Origin: the human T2T-CHM13v2.0 reference genome, Homo sapiens
NCBI RefSeq assembly: GCF_009914755.1
Contig: NC_060926.1
Strand: one strand, 5' to 3'
Length of the DNA stretch: 64,000 nucleotides
This document shows positions 25,493 to 39,874 of this stretch, in pieces. The translations under genes were made by a program, and so were the position numbers. The notes under the pieces were generated by a model. The model was not told the origin of the DNA. It made no database searches and saw only the letters and a program-made list of their open reading frames with translations. Each line of letters starts with the position of its first letter. Positions within the stretch are counted from its first letter, which is position 1.

Positions 25493-26674
25493 ATCTGGGC
25501 TTGTGGATTTCAGTTTCCACTTCTACAAATCCCCATCCCCACACCCGCACACACTCTAGATGAGGTATCCAAAAGCACGAAGCAGAAGTGTGTTTGAGGA
25601 GTGCACTGAAGACCTGCTCAAAGTACTGCTGAAGAAGGGAGATTTACAGGGAAATGAGATTTGCAACAAAAATGGGATGGTCCAGCTCTATTGCTAGACT
25701 CCAGCTTTTGGCGGGGAGGAAATTGAGCCATGGTATAACAAGACTGCCATGGGTAGCTTCATATTTGAGAATAAACCAAGCTCCTGGGCCCTCAGTATGA
25801 AGAATTCTGTGGGAACTTGGACTCACACCAAGCCCTAGGACACAAAGTTGCATGGTTTCTTCATGTTCTCTAATAGTGTTCTGAGTTGACCCAGAAGACA
25901 GGGATATGGTAGAAAGGACTGAAGGATTCATTGGATACCTAATTGGATATTTATCCAATTATCCAGAAATATAGTGGAGAGGATTCCAATATGAATCAAC
26001 TACATTAAATTAGGTGACTTTTGAAATTTCTCCAACCCTAAGATTCCATGAGAAGAAATATGTCTTTGTATTCTTACATAACTTTGCATATCGGGGAAAA
26101 GGAAGATGAGAACAATAATAGAGGTAATCACAAGTATTTACTGAGCTCTCACTAAGTGTCTGGCATTCCTATCTCTGATTCTTAGATGCTGTAACCCAGC
26201 ACCATATGGACAAAGTCAGTGGCAAGAGGTAGAACAAGGACAGCAACAAATTAATTAACTAAATAGGAATTTAATTTGAGTGGAGTCCAAGGGGAATTGT
26301 GATTCATTTTGGCAGGTTGCACAAGACTTGTCTTGCCCTTCAACAATGCAAAGAAAGCGTTCGACAAAGGAAGCTTCATGAGACTGCCCTACCATTGCCA
26401 GTGTTCCTGGCAACATACACGCCCACAGGTCTGCAGAAGAAAACACAGTAGAACTACCTAAAAGATAATGATTCTGACAAGTGATCCTGACAGGAAGGGC
26501 AAGTTGGACCTTTCCTCTAAGAGCCTACAGTGATGATCAGAGCCATAACCACTATTTGTAAACACACTAACATATGCAGTTTCTCACTTCATTGAGAAAC
26601 TTCATTGAGTTTACTCCACTTAATTGAATGTTATCTTAGCATCAATTTGCCCATTTTAGACTCCTTTCTAAGTG

Positions 26675-26790
26675 GCTCCCCAACTAGATCACAAGTTTCT
26701 TGAGGGCAAAGCCCTGGCAAATTTCTCTGCCCCTCGATAACAATCTTTGATAAGTACACAGTAGTGTACAGTAAACACCAAAAGAATGAA
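26675..26790 (+). mobile_element. L2 3' end
   Basis: 'ctccccaactagatcacaagtttcttgagggca...acacagtag...aataa/gaatgaa'-like tail. Confidence 0.5.
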
Positions 26791-27086
26791 ACAAAAAATC
26801 AGTTCTGATGTGGAATCAGCAGCCACTTCTGCCTAGGGCATCTGTATAAACCGTCCATTGCTGGGACAGCAGCTTCAATATATGGTATTTACCCTGGTCT
26901 CCCTGTCTTCTGAAAAGTCTCTTCTAGCCCAATGGATGCCTATCAGACTGCACTCTTCTTTCTGTGCTTCAGTAGGCCCTTGAAGTTCTCTTTTTTGTTG
27001 ACCCTCTTGAGCCTTTAGGGGGTCCTGTTGTTTGTCAATCATTTTTCACACACTATAGTCCTATGGAACTTTGCTGTTTTAGCTAT

Positions 27087-27243
27087 CCCAGAGATTCTCA
27101 AACTTGAGCAAGCGTAACAATCCCCAGGGCCCACACTTAGATATTCTGCTCTGGAAGAGAATCAGGAATCTACAGTTGTAATCAGCCCCACCAGGTAATT
27201 TCTGATACAGGTGGCCCAGGAATCACCCTTTAAGAAACACTGA
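27087..27243. mobile_element. MER5A
   Basis: 'cagagattctcaaacttgagc...aggaatctacagtt...ccccaccaggtaatttctgat...ctttaagaaacactg'. Confidence 0.75.
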
Positions 27244-28278
27244 CTCTGTCAAAGGAATTATGAAAATAGGATCTTAATCTAATGATTGATTATTATGATT
27301 CCTAGGAGCTAGAATCTCGAGTGTGCTTTGTCTCTTGGGGTCCTAGAATCACTGCTACTATTCCCAGAATTAGGTTATCAACCAAAGAGATTTCTGAAAG
27401 AAAACACTAGAAACAAGCCCTGATTGAGTCAGAAAGCTGTCCATGTATATTGATACCAAACTGAGAGGGAGTGAAGCCAGAAAGCCAATGGGAAAGCAAC
27501 CATTTTAAGAGAATGAGGTCAGACGACAAATGTCACGTCACAGTGAAGGGATGTCACAGTTCTTAATAGTGCAAGAGGCCAGTGAATTACCCATGTGGTT
27601 TGCTTTGACTGAAGCCATAAGTTCCTCTCTGTGGCCATGTCATCATTAACTTAAAGCAGCAATAGTCTTTGCTTGCCAGAGCTTATATGTAGTGTGAGGG
27701 AGATTCTTAAGCAAAATTGTGAAATAATTTAGGGTGATCTCCTGCACATTTCCCTTTCTCAGTTATCTTTATTCCTATTTTGTTGTACAAGCTTCCACTT
27801 ATCCACTTAACAAGGTATTTGAGGGCCTCAGATTTTCTTTCCTCTCCTCCACCTGAACCTACTTTCCAAAAAGCATGTGTACAGTTAAGGCTAAAGAATT
27901 TATACAGCTAAAAACATTATGTCTCCCACAATTACTTATATCTTCATATGAATACATTATATTTATTTATGCCTAGTTACGTAATTGCAAATTGTCAGCC
28001 AATCATGGGGAATATATTTTTTCAAGCAATGGGAATTTATAGTACTTCTTGGCACAGATATAAGACTGTCTCGTTGCACAAATTTCACAAGACAATTGAA
28101 CCATCAAGGCCTAGAAGTCATTCACAGAGAAGCCATGGACAAGGTCGGTTGCATGATTTATTCTGTAGGTATCCTCTCCCCTTAGTTCCCATAGTACCCA
28201 AGTTTGCATTTATCTAGTATTTTTCACACCATTTGTGCTGATCATTTATGTTTCTGTTTCTCCCCTTCCCCCACCAGA

Positions 28279-28715
<437 letters not shown>

Positions 28716-29594
28716 TAGTACTCAAAAAGATACATGCTGAAAAATTGAACTCAAGTGACACATATATAAGATCCAAGAAAGAAAATGAAAGGAAATTTAC
28801 CTTCCCTGCCTCTATAATTCAGATTACCTTACCCACCCACCTCCAACAATATCTCATGGCATGAGCAAATGAGTGGTAACCATGGTTATGTAAGAAAAAT
28901 GAAAAGGAAGGGGAAAGAACTAAAATGATATAGACATACTAAAAATTTAGAATAATTTGCCTCTAATAGGTATAAAAATTTGTAACATTGAGGTTACATA
29001 GTTGTTGAGTTTTTTTTACCTTTTCATATTTTTTAAAAATGTACGCTAGTTACCATGATAAATTGGTAACTATGGAGTTAATAATAAAGTGATGAAAAGG
29101 CTGTGGCATGGCTTTTTGCAGAGACTGCATTATTGCACACCCATCTTTGACAAGGCAATTTCCCCACAATAACTGTAGTCTCACTGTATAATTATCTCAA
29201 CCACTGATATTTCTCTAGAACTATAAGAAAGCCAACTGCTACGTAAACAGGCCTGCTTGTTCACTGCAGATGGACCAGTCTATCTGTAAAAGCAAGTACT
29301 CTAAAAGAACACTCCATGAATGCAAATGAGTTGGCTCTTGGTCCCTTCAGATCAATGCTTTTCTTAATCCAAGCTTTGATTTCTTGTTGCTCCTTTGGTT
29401 TAAATCAGATAATGTAAGGATTGGAACTAAAGTAAAATAATAAAAATCATAAGTATTTTATTATTATGTTACTTGTGGTGTTATCATTTTGTCAGAGCTA
29501 TGAAACTACCTTCATTTTAAGTCATGTGTTCTACAGTTTACCCCTCAGATAGGGCTTAAACTATTAGTATAGATAGAGAAGGAATATAAAGGGT

Positions 29595-30029
29595 TGCTGT
29601 GGTTTGGATGTAGTATGCCCCTGCCGAAACTCACGTTGAAATTTGATTCCTAAATGTAGCAGCATTGGGAGGTAGGGCCTAGTGGGAGGTGAGTCATAGG
29701 GGCAGATTTCTCATGAATAAATTAATGTCATCTCACAGGAATGAGTTTTCACTCTCACGGAACTAGATCGGTTACCACAAGAGCAGGTTGTTCCTCCTCG
29801 TGTTTGCTTTATTTATACACCCACTCACCTTTCCATGTCTCTACCATGTCTTGACACAGTACGTGGCCCTCACCAGATGCTGAGCAAATGCCAGTGCCAT
29901 GATCTTGGACTTTCCAGTCATCAGAATTGTGAGCTTAAAAACAAAAACAAAAACAAAAACAAACCCTTTTCTTCATAAATTACCCAGCCTCTTGTATTCT
30001 GTTATAGCATCACGAAATAGACTAAAACA
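29595..30029 (+). mobile_element. MSTB-type MaLR LTR
   Basis: tgctgtggtttggatg...aaattacccagcctc...gttatagca...gactaaaaca. Confidence 0.88.
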
Positions 30030-30105
30030 GGAGTAAAGGATATATATGTAGATGATGTTTTTCTCTCTTTGACTGATGTAGAAATTTACTAGATCCATAT
30101 GAGAC

Positions 30106-30202
30106 TAGAGTATATATATACATATATGTGTATATATATGTATGTATCTATATATGTACATATAGAGAGTATATGTACACATATATGTATATATATACTC
30201 TA
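30106..30202. repeat. Palindromic (TA/CA)-rich repeat
   Basis: 27-bp perfect arms tagagtatatatatacatatatgtgta (30106-30132) and its reverse complement (30176-30202). Confidence 0.9.
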
Positions 30203-30209
30203 AATTAAA

Positions 30210-31371
<1,162 letters not shown>

Positions 31372-31949
31372 TAACGTAAAGTTTTTAACATTGAATTTTA
31401 GAAGTACAAAAATATTTTATAATTGTATGGCCTAACCACTTTATCTTAGAAGTAAGAGAAATAAAGACTAGAGATACAAACAATTTTGCTCAAGGCACAA
31501 GAGCAAACTGATGGTAAATTGGCATTTTAATTTCCTAACTCTGAATTGAGTTAAATTCAAACTCACTTCCCTGGCAGTAATTAACTTATTCTCTAATATA
31601 GTTATTAGTGAAAAGAAACTAATGAAAAGCCAAAAATTGTAGATTCCTTGGGAACAAGAATCATGTGTTCCTCATCTCTGTGACCGTCTTTGCACCTACC
31701 ATAGTCCCTTATCCATTGTCAGCACTTAAGGAATGTCTGCTTAAATGAAAAGACATCAATGAAGCCTCAGTCCAGTCAGAATTATGTAACAGTCAAGTGC
31801 AATGATAGTCCTTGACTATATCGAGTATACTCTGGGTTTCATATCATTATATAGCCTTCAAAAAATTGTTTTAATTACTGTGGACACCAACCATCATAAA
31901 CCTACTAACTCAAAGTGGTAAATCCTTCGAGCATCTACCTCAGCATTAT

Positions 31950-32072
31950 CCAGCATGTATTCCGAATACAGATGCCCAGGTCTTACTCCAGACTAACCGA
32001 ATCTAAATCCTTGAAGGTGAGACCTGGGAGTCTACATTTTTCAAATACCTCCAGAAACACTTATGCACAAAA
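31950..32072. mobile_element. MER5A fragment
   Basis: 'acagatgcccaggtcttactccagactaaccgaatctaaatcc...cctgggagtctacatttttc'. Confidence 0.65.
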
Positions 32073-32140
32073 AGAAGAAAAAAATGAAAGCCACTGATAT
32101 AACAGATGCTGTGCAGCACATCATAGGATTATTTACTTGA

Positions 32141-32277
32141 AAGCATTAGGTAGAAAAAGGACTGGTAATTTAGAAGGGATTCTAATCATGGAAAACTAAA
32201 AGAATGTCCCAATTGTTGAACTACCTCATGAACTACCAATGGTATACACAACTTTCCAGGAAGCCTTTAATAAGTTG
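32141..32277 (+). mobile_element. Possible CR1/L3 LINE RT fossil
   Basis: 32242-32277 translates VYTTFQEAFNKL (cf. VYLDFxKAFDKV); preceded by KH*VEKGLVI*KGF. Confidence 0.35.
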
Positions 32278-32845
32278 GGATCAATAATCCATATTGACTT
32301 TACAAAACCATTAAGGGACAAAACACTCCTTGATTGTCATGGACATCATTACAAAAGGCATTGATGGGCTCTCTGCTCCATCTCACGGTGCTGCCAACAC
32401 CAAACTCTGCTCTAGTTATTTGGAACATAAGATTGTATAGGTAACATCCATCTTGATAACATGCCTGCATTTGCTTGAATTGGATTTAAAAACCTGCACC
32501 ACAACCATATCTAAGCAGTCACTGTTGGAATGTATCACCTCCAGCAAACAATTAGGCATAAAAGAAAAGTGTAAATGATTAAGAATGAACTAAAGCACAT
32601 GCTCAGAGAAGATGGATAAACAAGACCAGGTGAATTTCTGCTTCTCAGCTTGCCACTTCTCATCCAATCACTGTCATCAGTATCATTAATGGGGCATTAT
32701 GTGAATGTCAATTGACCATTTGTATAGACTTGCTCAAACTAGAACTTCCTCTACTCGTTTTCATGGCTGGTACCACAACTAAAATAAGTGCCCCCGTGCC
32801 CAACCTTGCAATCCACTCCTCTTCGTGTTACACCTTCTTCAAGTA

Positions 32846-33399
32846 TGTAGTAGATTGTGTTTTCCAAAGATAGACACTAAAATATCTCCCATCCCACCTG
32901 CTGCTCCACAGTGTGACCTTGCCACCTCCCCTCACCCCCCATTTAAGGGTGCAGTCTATTTTTCAACCCCTTCTTGAATTTAGGTGAACTCTGAGACTAA
33001 TTACATGAGAAGTGACATCGTACCACTGTCAGAATCATCCTTAGCTATTTTGACAACTTTTGCTTTGTGACTTTTGGAAGCCAGACATCATGTAAAAAGT
33101 ATGATCACCCTGAGCAACAATTTTTTGGGAAATCCAAGCCACCTGGAGAGGCCCTAGAAGATGAGACCGCAAGAAAAAGAGGCCAACACTGCCAAGACAC
33201 TGGATGTGTCAGTGTGGTAGACATCTTGGAGGTAGATCCTCCTCATCTACCATCCCAGCTGATGCTGTGATTGGAGCTCATCACCCAACCAAACCCTCTC
33301 CACATTCCTGACCTACAAAATCAAAGATCGAGAGAAAACAGTTGTTTTAACGCACTAAATTGGGGATGGCTTATTATATAAGAATAGATAACTGAAACA
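32846..33399 (+). mobile_element. MLT1G/H-type LTR
   Basis: tgtagtagattgtgttttccaaagat...ctcccatcccac...cattcctgacctacaaaatc...aatagataactgaaaca. Confidence 0.82.
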
Positions 33400-33419
33400 A
33401 AACATTGAATAGTGCTTTA

Positions 33420-33572
33420 ACCTATTTACCTTATGTATTTGTTTACTTACTTGTCTGTCTGAATGTAAGCTTCATCAGGCCACAGCCTTTTCTGTCTTCT
33501 TCTCCACTGTGTATGCAGTTCCTGGAATAAAGTAAGTGTTCAATAAATATCTGTTAAATTATTATTGAATGC
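33420..33572 (+). mobile_element. L2 3' end
   Basis: 'gaatgtaagcttcatcaggc...cactgtgtatgcagttcctggaa...gtgttcaataaatatctgttaaa'. Confidence 0.75.
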
Positions 33573-33760
33573 ATTTTTGTCACTGGAGAGTCTACAAGCA
33601 AGCAATAATGTACTGTGGTTGATACCAGTACATTGTGGTACTGTATATTATACCAGTTCTTCTTTTATTTTTATTGGAGGCATTCATCTTTGTGAGGAAA
33701 TACATGTCATGTAAAGTCCAGAAAACATAGGGACGAATGTCATATTATCACACTGATTAA

Positions 33761-33886
33761 CCCATTTATGCCAGAGGTTGCAAATTTTTTGTCTGAAAAA
33801 TCAGACCTTGGTGATGACCTTTAGCAGCAGGATATAAATAACTCCACAAGCTTAGCGTTCCAATAATGGAACACTAGGCAAATAGA
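33761..33886. mobile_element. MER85 (piggyBac/PGBD3-derived MITE)
   Basis: TTAA TSDs at 33757-33760 and 33887-33890; cccatttatgcc terminus; internal gttccaataatggaac palindrome. Confidence 0.95.
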
Positions 33887-34502
33887 TTAACTGCAATTTT
33901 CAAAAGCAGACCATGAGACACGTTTCATCTAGGGCCACCAATATTTCATTTTTAGTATAACTCCTGAGCTCCCACCAGGGTCACAAAGTAAAGAAATCAA
34001 TATTTTCTCCCTGATCAGAGCAATAGCTGATACAGGGCCATACAAAAGGAATGAACTTAAGATATTACTTGGAGAGGGAGTATGGCTTTCAAGGATAAGG
34101 AAGAATATGCTGTATCAGAAATGCCAGTAAGAGCTTGGGTTCACAGTTTTATACGTTTTCAAGGTCCTCAAAGTTCTTCACTAAGGATTTGATTATCCCT
34201 GCATAGTATTGAATATAATTTTCCTCACTGAAAGACTGATATCAAAGTCTATTCATCTCCTCCTTAATGCACAACAAAACCTTGAGAATTCCAGCAGTTT
34301 TATATCTGCTAACACATTAAGTGCTTATAAACTTGCAATTGGAGCCCTTCCTAGAAAGCATATTTATAAACCAAATATATGTTTTTGAAAACGATTTCTC
34401 TGCTTCTATAAGTAACATAATAGTAATAGACATATAGTTTCTCCACTTATTTTGTTTGTCCACAAAATAACTTAGAACATTAAGCAGCAAGGGTACCCTC
34501 AC

Positions 34503-34656
34503 CTTACCAAAGAAGCTAAGTCTGTTTCCTCCAAAATGTCAGAAGTTCATTTTCCCTAGCTCAGGGTAGCGAGCAATTACAAACCTACGCTGTTCCATGC
34601 TCTGCACAGATGTCGTTGGTAGATGAATGCGCATGTCTTATATAGAGCCATTAGCC
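34503..34656 (-). other. Candidate spliced exon (~149-154 nt, probably non-coding)
   Basis: Acceptor caatctttttttctag|G; overlapping donors TTG|gtaagg and AAG|gtgagg; several retained CpGs; stops in all frames. Confidence 0.4.
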
Positions 34657-35306
34657 CTAGAAAAAAAGATTGATAATGGCAATGAGAATGTTAGTAAGCC
34701 TTTGTTTGCTCTTCCTTGTTTTATTTGAGGTTTTCTTCATGCTTTTCCCTTTTCTTACAGACCATTGTAAATGCATTTGCCATTTGGTGATTTTGTCAAG
34801 GATTTTTCAGATTTTCTTTATATAGATGCTATTCATCTAGTCTCATAAGTGTCTGTGAAACTGACATTCTCATATAAGATTTGGTCTCTAAAGTTGTACA
34901 GGATGACCACAAATAGAAATGGACATTAACATGTTAAAATTTCCTGCTTCAATATTTTATCTGTATTCATTAATTTATTTACCTCAAAGTCTCAGTTTCA
35001 AAACACACCATCCTTAATGCAGGGTGCAAACCATTATACATGTTAAATGAGTCAAATTGCACCCTCTGCCAATATCAGCATGATACCCATCCTCCCATTA
35101 CACCCACCATCACTAACACTCACAGCCTAAACAATCACTCTTGGTTCCCCAGCTGGGGCTTGCAAAGAGAGATTCTTGCTGCTGGCTCTTGTATAAAATG
35201 AAACTATTAAGGAGTAAAGTACCTGAGATGCTTCTAATTGCAGAAAGATGGCTGGGTTGTTTGTAAGAGAGTCTGATGCTCATGTTGACCACAGTTTTAA
35301 AAAGTA

Positions 35307-35601
35307 CAGTCACGTACCACGTAACAGTTCCATCAGTGATGGATTGCATATAAAACAGTGGTTTCAGAAGATTATAACGGAGCATACATAGAAACCTGAT
35401 ATGTGGTACTTCATATTGGCATTTCAGGTCAAGTAGGGGAAATGATTGATATTCAATAATGGTGCTGGCATATTTGGTTTTCACATGAAAAATATATATA
35501 CCATTTAGGTTGGTAAGTACACTCTATGAGGTTCACACAACAATGAAATTGCCTAACACTTTTCTCAGAAGATATCCCTGTCACTAAGCAACACAGAAGT
35601 G
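35307..35601. mobile_element. Tigger3/GOLEM-derived element
   Basis: TA-cagtcacgtaccacgtaac ... ctaagcaacacagaagtg-TA; 'gtaagtacactctatgaggttcacacaacaatgaaattgcctaac'. Confidence 0.85.
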
Positions 35602-35645
35602 TACTCTTTTTCCCCCTTAAAGTAATATCATGACACGATGGTTAC

Positions 35646-36027
35646 TGAATTAGTCTGCTCAGGCTATAGTAACAAAATGCCATGGACTGGATGACTCAAA
35701 CAAAAGGAATTTGTTTCTCATAGGTCTGGAGGGGAGAAAGTCCAAGATCAATGTACTGGCTGATTCAGTGCCAGGTAAAGGCTCTCTTCCTGACCTGTAG
35801 ACAGCCACTTTCTCATTGTGTCCTCACATGGCAGAGACAGACAGAGAACAAGCTTTCTGGTGTCTCTTTATAAGAACATGATCCTATCACTAAGGCCTAA
35901 CCACATGACCTTGTCTAAACCTAGTTACCCCCAAAGGGTAACCCATCTCTAAATACCATCACATTGACAGTTTGGATGTCAACCTATGAATGGAGAGTAA
36001 GGGGAGACAATAACTTGGTCCATGCCA
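35646..36027 (-). mobile_element. MLT1A-type LTR
   Basis: 'ttagtctgctcaggctatagtaacaaaatgcca...aagtccaagatcaa...tgtgtcctcacatggcagaga...aaataccatcacattg'. Confidence 0.88.
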
Positions 36028-36503
36028 GTAATTAAGACCATGATGAAAATTCAGGAACAAAGCAAGGCTAAGAGACCATTAGAGGAAACAGTCACAATAG
36101 TGTTCTCATATTTTGTAATAGCTCCTGTGCCCAACTATATAAGATCTGTCTACAGACTTATTCTCCTTGAAAGCAAAATGTAATATCTATGTTTCTATAA
36201 AATAGGAGACCAGTTTTCAGCTTGTATCTGAAAGTTTAAAAAGTTCTACCAAAATGAGCAAAGTTTAATTCCCTCTTACCCTGCCACCAAGGGACCAAAT
36301 AAGAGAGGCAGCCAACCAGGTAAACAGCGTACTCTGACTAAAGACGCAGAAAGCTACAAAGCTGTAGGAAAGAAAAAGAAGTCACGTCCAGGGCAACTTA
36401 ACCAGCAGCAGAGATTTCACAGAAGCCCTTACTCATAAGCAGAGACTCTTGACTTCAGAACACATCTGCATTTTAAACACAGAAGAGAAAAACATTAATA
36501 CAT

Positions 36504-37045
36504 TGTGGGAGACAAGAATATGCCACCCCAAAATATGAAGGATTGTTAAGTTGAATTAAGAACAAGCAGATGCAGTACAGCTCTCTGCCCTACCTCTATT
36601 TGCCAAAAAGCAGGAAGCAGATTTACAAAGATAAAAGGTATCCTGACCCCCTTCTCTACCAGGGAGAGAAAAAAATTAACCACTGAAGACAGCTTTGGAC
36701 ACATGTCAGCCTGGAGATGGGATGACAGGAATCTACATTAACAAGCTTTACTAACTCACCTTTATCTGCCTGCCCACCATTGGCTGCTGCTGGAGATTCA
36801 AAGTCCTGTCTTTTGTCTTGTCATTTCTCTAAAATGTCACTGTTCTTTGTTGATGATGCATATAATCTGGAATTCAAAGCCACTTCTTTAAGACTATTCA
36901 TCTCCTGGGTGTTTCCCATGTATTTATAAAATATATATGTTAATAAATTTTTGTTTGTTTTTCTCTTATTAATCTGCCTATTGCTACAGGGCTCCATTTC
37001 AACAAAGAACTTATGAAAGTTGAAGAAAATTTTTTTTTCCTAGAA
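36504..37045 (+). mobile_element. MER34B-like ERV1 LTR
   Basis: tgtgggagacaagaatatgccaccccaaaatatg ... gttaataaatttttgtttgtttttctcttattaatctg. Confidence 0.78.
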
Positions 37046-37921
37046 CCTCAGAGTAGGATCCATAGAACCTAAAAACTTAAGAAAATTAGACTGGTTTAGA
37101 ACAGAAATTATTCCCTTAACTATACCTGATTACATATGTTTACCAACTTCTACTAATGGGGCATCGGAAATTAATATCACACTTCCAATTTTTATCGACA
37201 TTTATGTAGTATAATAACATAATTTTCATTCCATAAAATGGCTTAATTCTCAGTCAATCCCTTGTATAATTTTCATAAAGTCATGAAGTTTTAAAACCCT
37301 CTAGATATTAAATACCCAAGCTGAGAAGGTTAAGCAAGTGATATGTTTTAGAACTTCTGTACTCACAAAGATTATTTGTATCTCCCAAGAACTTGGTACC
37401 TCTCATTTGCAATGCTGAAATTAGTTTATGAGTCATTGGTGCTAGCTTAGTTCACATAAATCTATACAAGAATGAAGATCATAGATTGCAAATTATTGTC
37501 TACTTCCCCTCAATGTACAAATCCAACTGAAACATTATCTACCCATCAGATGCAAAAAGAGACAGATGCCACCTAGTGTCTGATAGCCTCAAGTGCATCC
37601 CAATTCTACTCGAGTCTAGTTCCATTTTGGGATTATCCAGATATAGCTACGTCAAAAGTTACTGTAATATGTTGTATGCAAAGAACACTCAACACATTCT
37701 GGTGCTAGTTTTTCTATTAACTATATGTATCATGTTGGGCAAGACCCCCATGTGTCTTGAATTAGTTGCTTTCCATGACCTCTTAGAAGTAATAGACTCT
37801 GATTTCAGTTCTGACTAATGCAAAGCCACCTGTGGAAATCTAATCTTTTTACATTGAAATCTTGATGTAGAGCAGAACCAAATTCCAGAAAAGCAAACAA
37901 CATTTTCCAGGGCTAACCTGT

Positions 37922-37980
37922 GATGTACATTGACTTCACTCTGTAAAGGAGATGTACATTGACTTCACTCTGTAAAGGAG
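37922..37980. repeat. Perfect 29-bp tandem duplication
   Basis: gatgtacattgacttcactctgtaaagga x2. Confidence 0.97.
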
Positions 37981-38609
37981 CATGTTTTCTGTATAAACGC
38001 AGTACAAACATGAACTTGAGACACAAGTGCACATTACATCACTCCAAGCAATGATTTATCATCAGGTATAGCAAGGAAAAAACGAAATAAAGTCAAGGTG
38101 ACCAAAACTCTTGGTTTTCAAAAGACCTCTAACAATTCACTATATAAAGTATGATAGCTGCTCAGACTTTGTCTTATAGTTTAAAATACTTAAGAAAAAT
38201 GTTCTCCAGTTTTATGTATTAACAGGTTCTGTAAAATTTCTTTTTAACTAGATCACATAACAAAATCTTTCCCAAAAGAAAAATGAATGGAAAATACAGC
38301 AAAATATGGCAACTGCTAAATCTTGTTTCTTACCCCTTTAATTCTTTGTATCATGTTCTATTCTCAAATGAGTTTAGTAATCTAGAAGGTAGTCAGGCCT
38401 GTGTCCAGTGGTTTATAAAGACAGATGACAGTGTCATACACAGGAAATCTGTCCATGTTCTAAGAGATCTGCAATTGATCTGGCCTGCTTGGTGAAGGTA
38501 TTTCTAATCTACTACTTAGTCTATAAAATTCAGGTGAATAGTATATGGGACTCTGACCTTCAGAAGTACGAACACAGATTCATTCCATGTGTACTAACTC
38601 TATAAAATG

Positions 38610-39250
38610 TGACAAATCATTTCCATTAACAATGTGGAAAGTCTGTCCACAAACCCATAGAGGACACTTGGTGTTTTGTGCATCTTTTTTCCCTTACAGT
38701 GCTTTTCAGTCTGGAAGTCATTCCTACTAACTTGAAAAATCTCAAGACAAGTCCTTCAGCCTGACCACAAGCCAAGCTTATCTTGATGTAGGTTGAGCTT
38801 CTCTGCCTGCCAGTTTCATCCCACATGTCAATTACAAAAAGCTGCTTATTATGTTTTTTCCATCCTTATCTGTCTAATGTGGAGGACAATCTCTTCAGGC
38901 AACCAAAGCAGATTCTGTCATCTCTGAAGGCTTAAGAGCTGCTAAGCAGTTACCTCTCCTTGTCTCCTGGCTCTGAATTTTCCTGGTGTCAATCATCAGC
39001 TCTTCTCCAAGAGCATGCTTCAGATCCAGCTCTTCCATGTCATTCCACCCTTAATCCCATCTAGGATCAATTATGTCTCTAAAAATGAGAGATGAAAACA
39101 TCTCTTTGAACTGGTTTAGATACCAAATGGACTTGATGGCAGAGGGGCCATTGTTCCTGATAGGGCACCTTTCTTCAATTTTCTGTGACTCTCCCTGAAG
39201 GCCAGTGTCTGTGAACTCCAACAGACTTGTGAGTTCTTTGTTGAGTGCCA
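38610..39250 (-). mobile_element. Ancient RTE-clade (L4/RTE-X-like) LINE RT fossil
   Basis: Collinear decayed motifs EELDLKHALGEELMIDTRKIQS; WQAEKLNLHQDKLGLWSG*RTCLEIF; EKRCTKHQ/LYGFVD/TFHIVN. Confidence 0.55.
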
Positions 39251-39874
39251 ACTGTACACTGTACTCTATACAATAAATCTCTGTGTTTCCTAAAAGCCAA
39301 TTATTAGATCACTCTTCAGTGATCTAAAGCTGAGTAATCTTTAGTTTTTCCTTCAAGTTAAATAGCCCAAGTATTTTACATTCGTTTTCCCCTGGCTGTT
39401 CTATTTTCCTCTAGTTCCCTTTAGGTCTTCTTATATCTTGTCAATGAACAGTGCACGTCCTGCAAACAAATACACTGGGGCACAAACTGAAAATAAGATT
39501 AATTTGTCACTTCCAAATATTTTGTTTCTGCATAGCAACAGCATCATCCTTACTTCATGAGCCACAGCAGAAATGTGCCAACACCTGGTAAGTTTTTTAT
39601 TTCTTTCATGTGGTGCTTAGTCATTGCCCTTTCTATCTTTGTATTTGGGCTTTTGGTCCCACTACATATTGGAAATGTCACTCTTATTTTCTTGGCTTCC
39701 TTGACAATATATACAAGGAGTGGGTGGCCTCTTACCTGACCTGGGATATTATAAAGGACATAGGGTGGCATCGGTAACCCTTTCAGATGTTCTCATTTAT
39801 GATTACATGACTTGAATAATCTATAAGATGATTTTGTTGGAAAGACTTAGGGGGTGATACTGTAATTCTTACAT

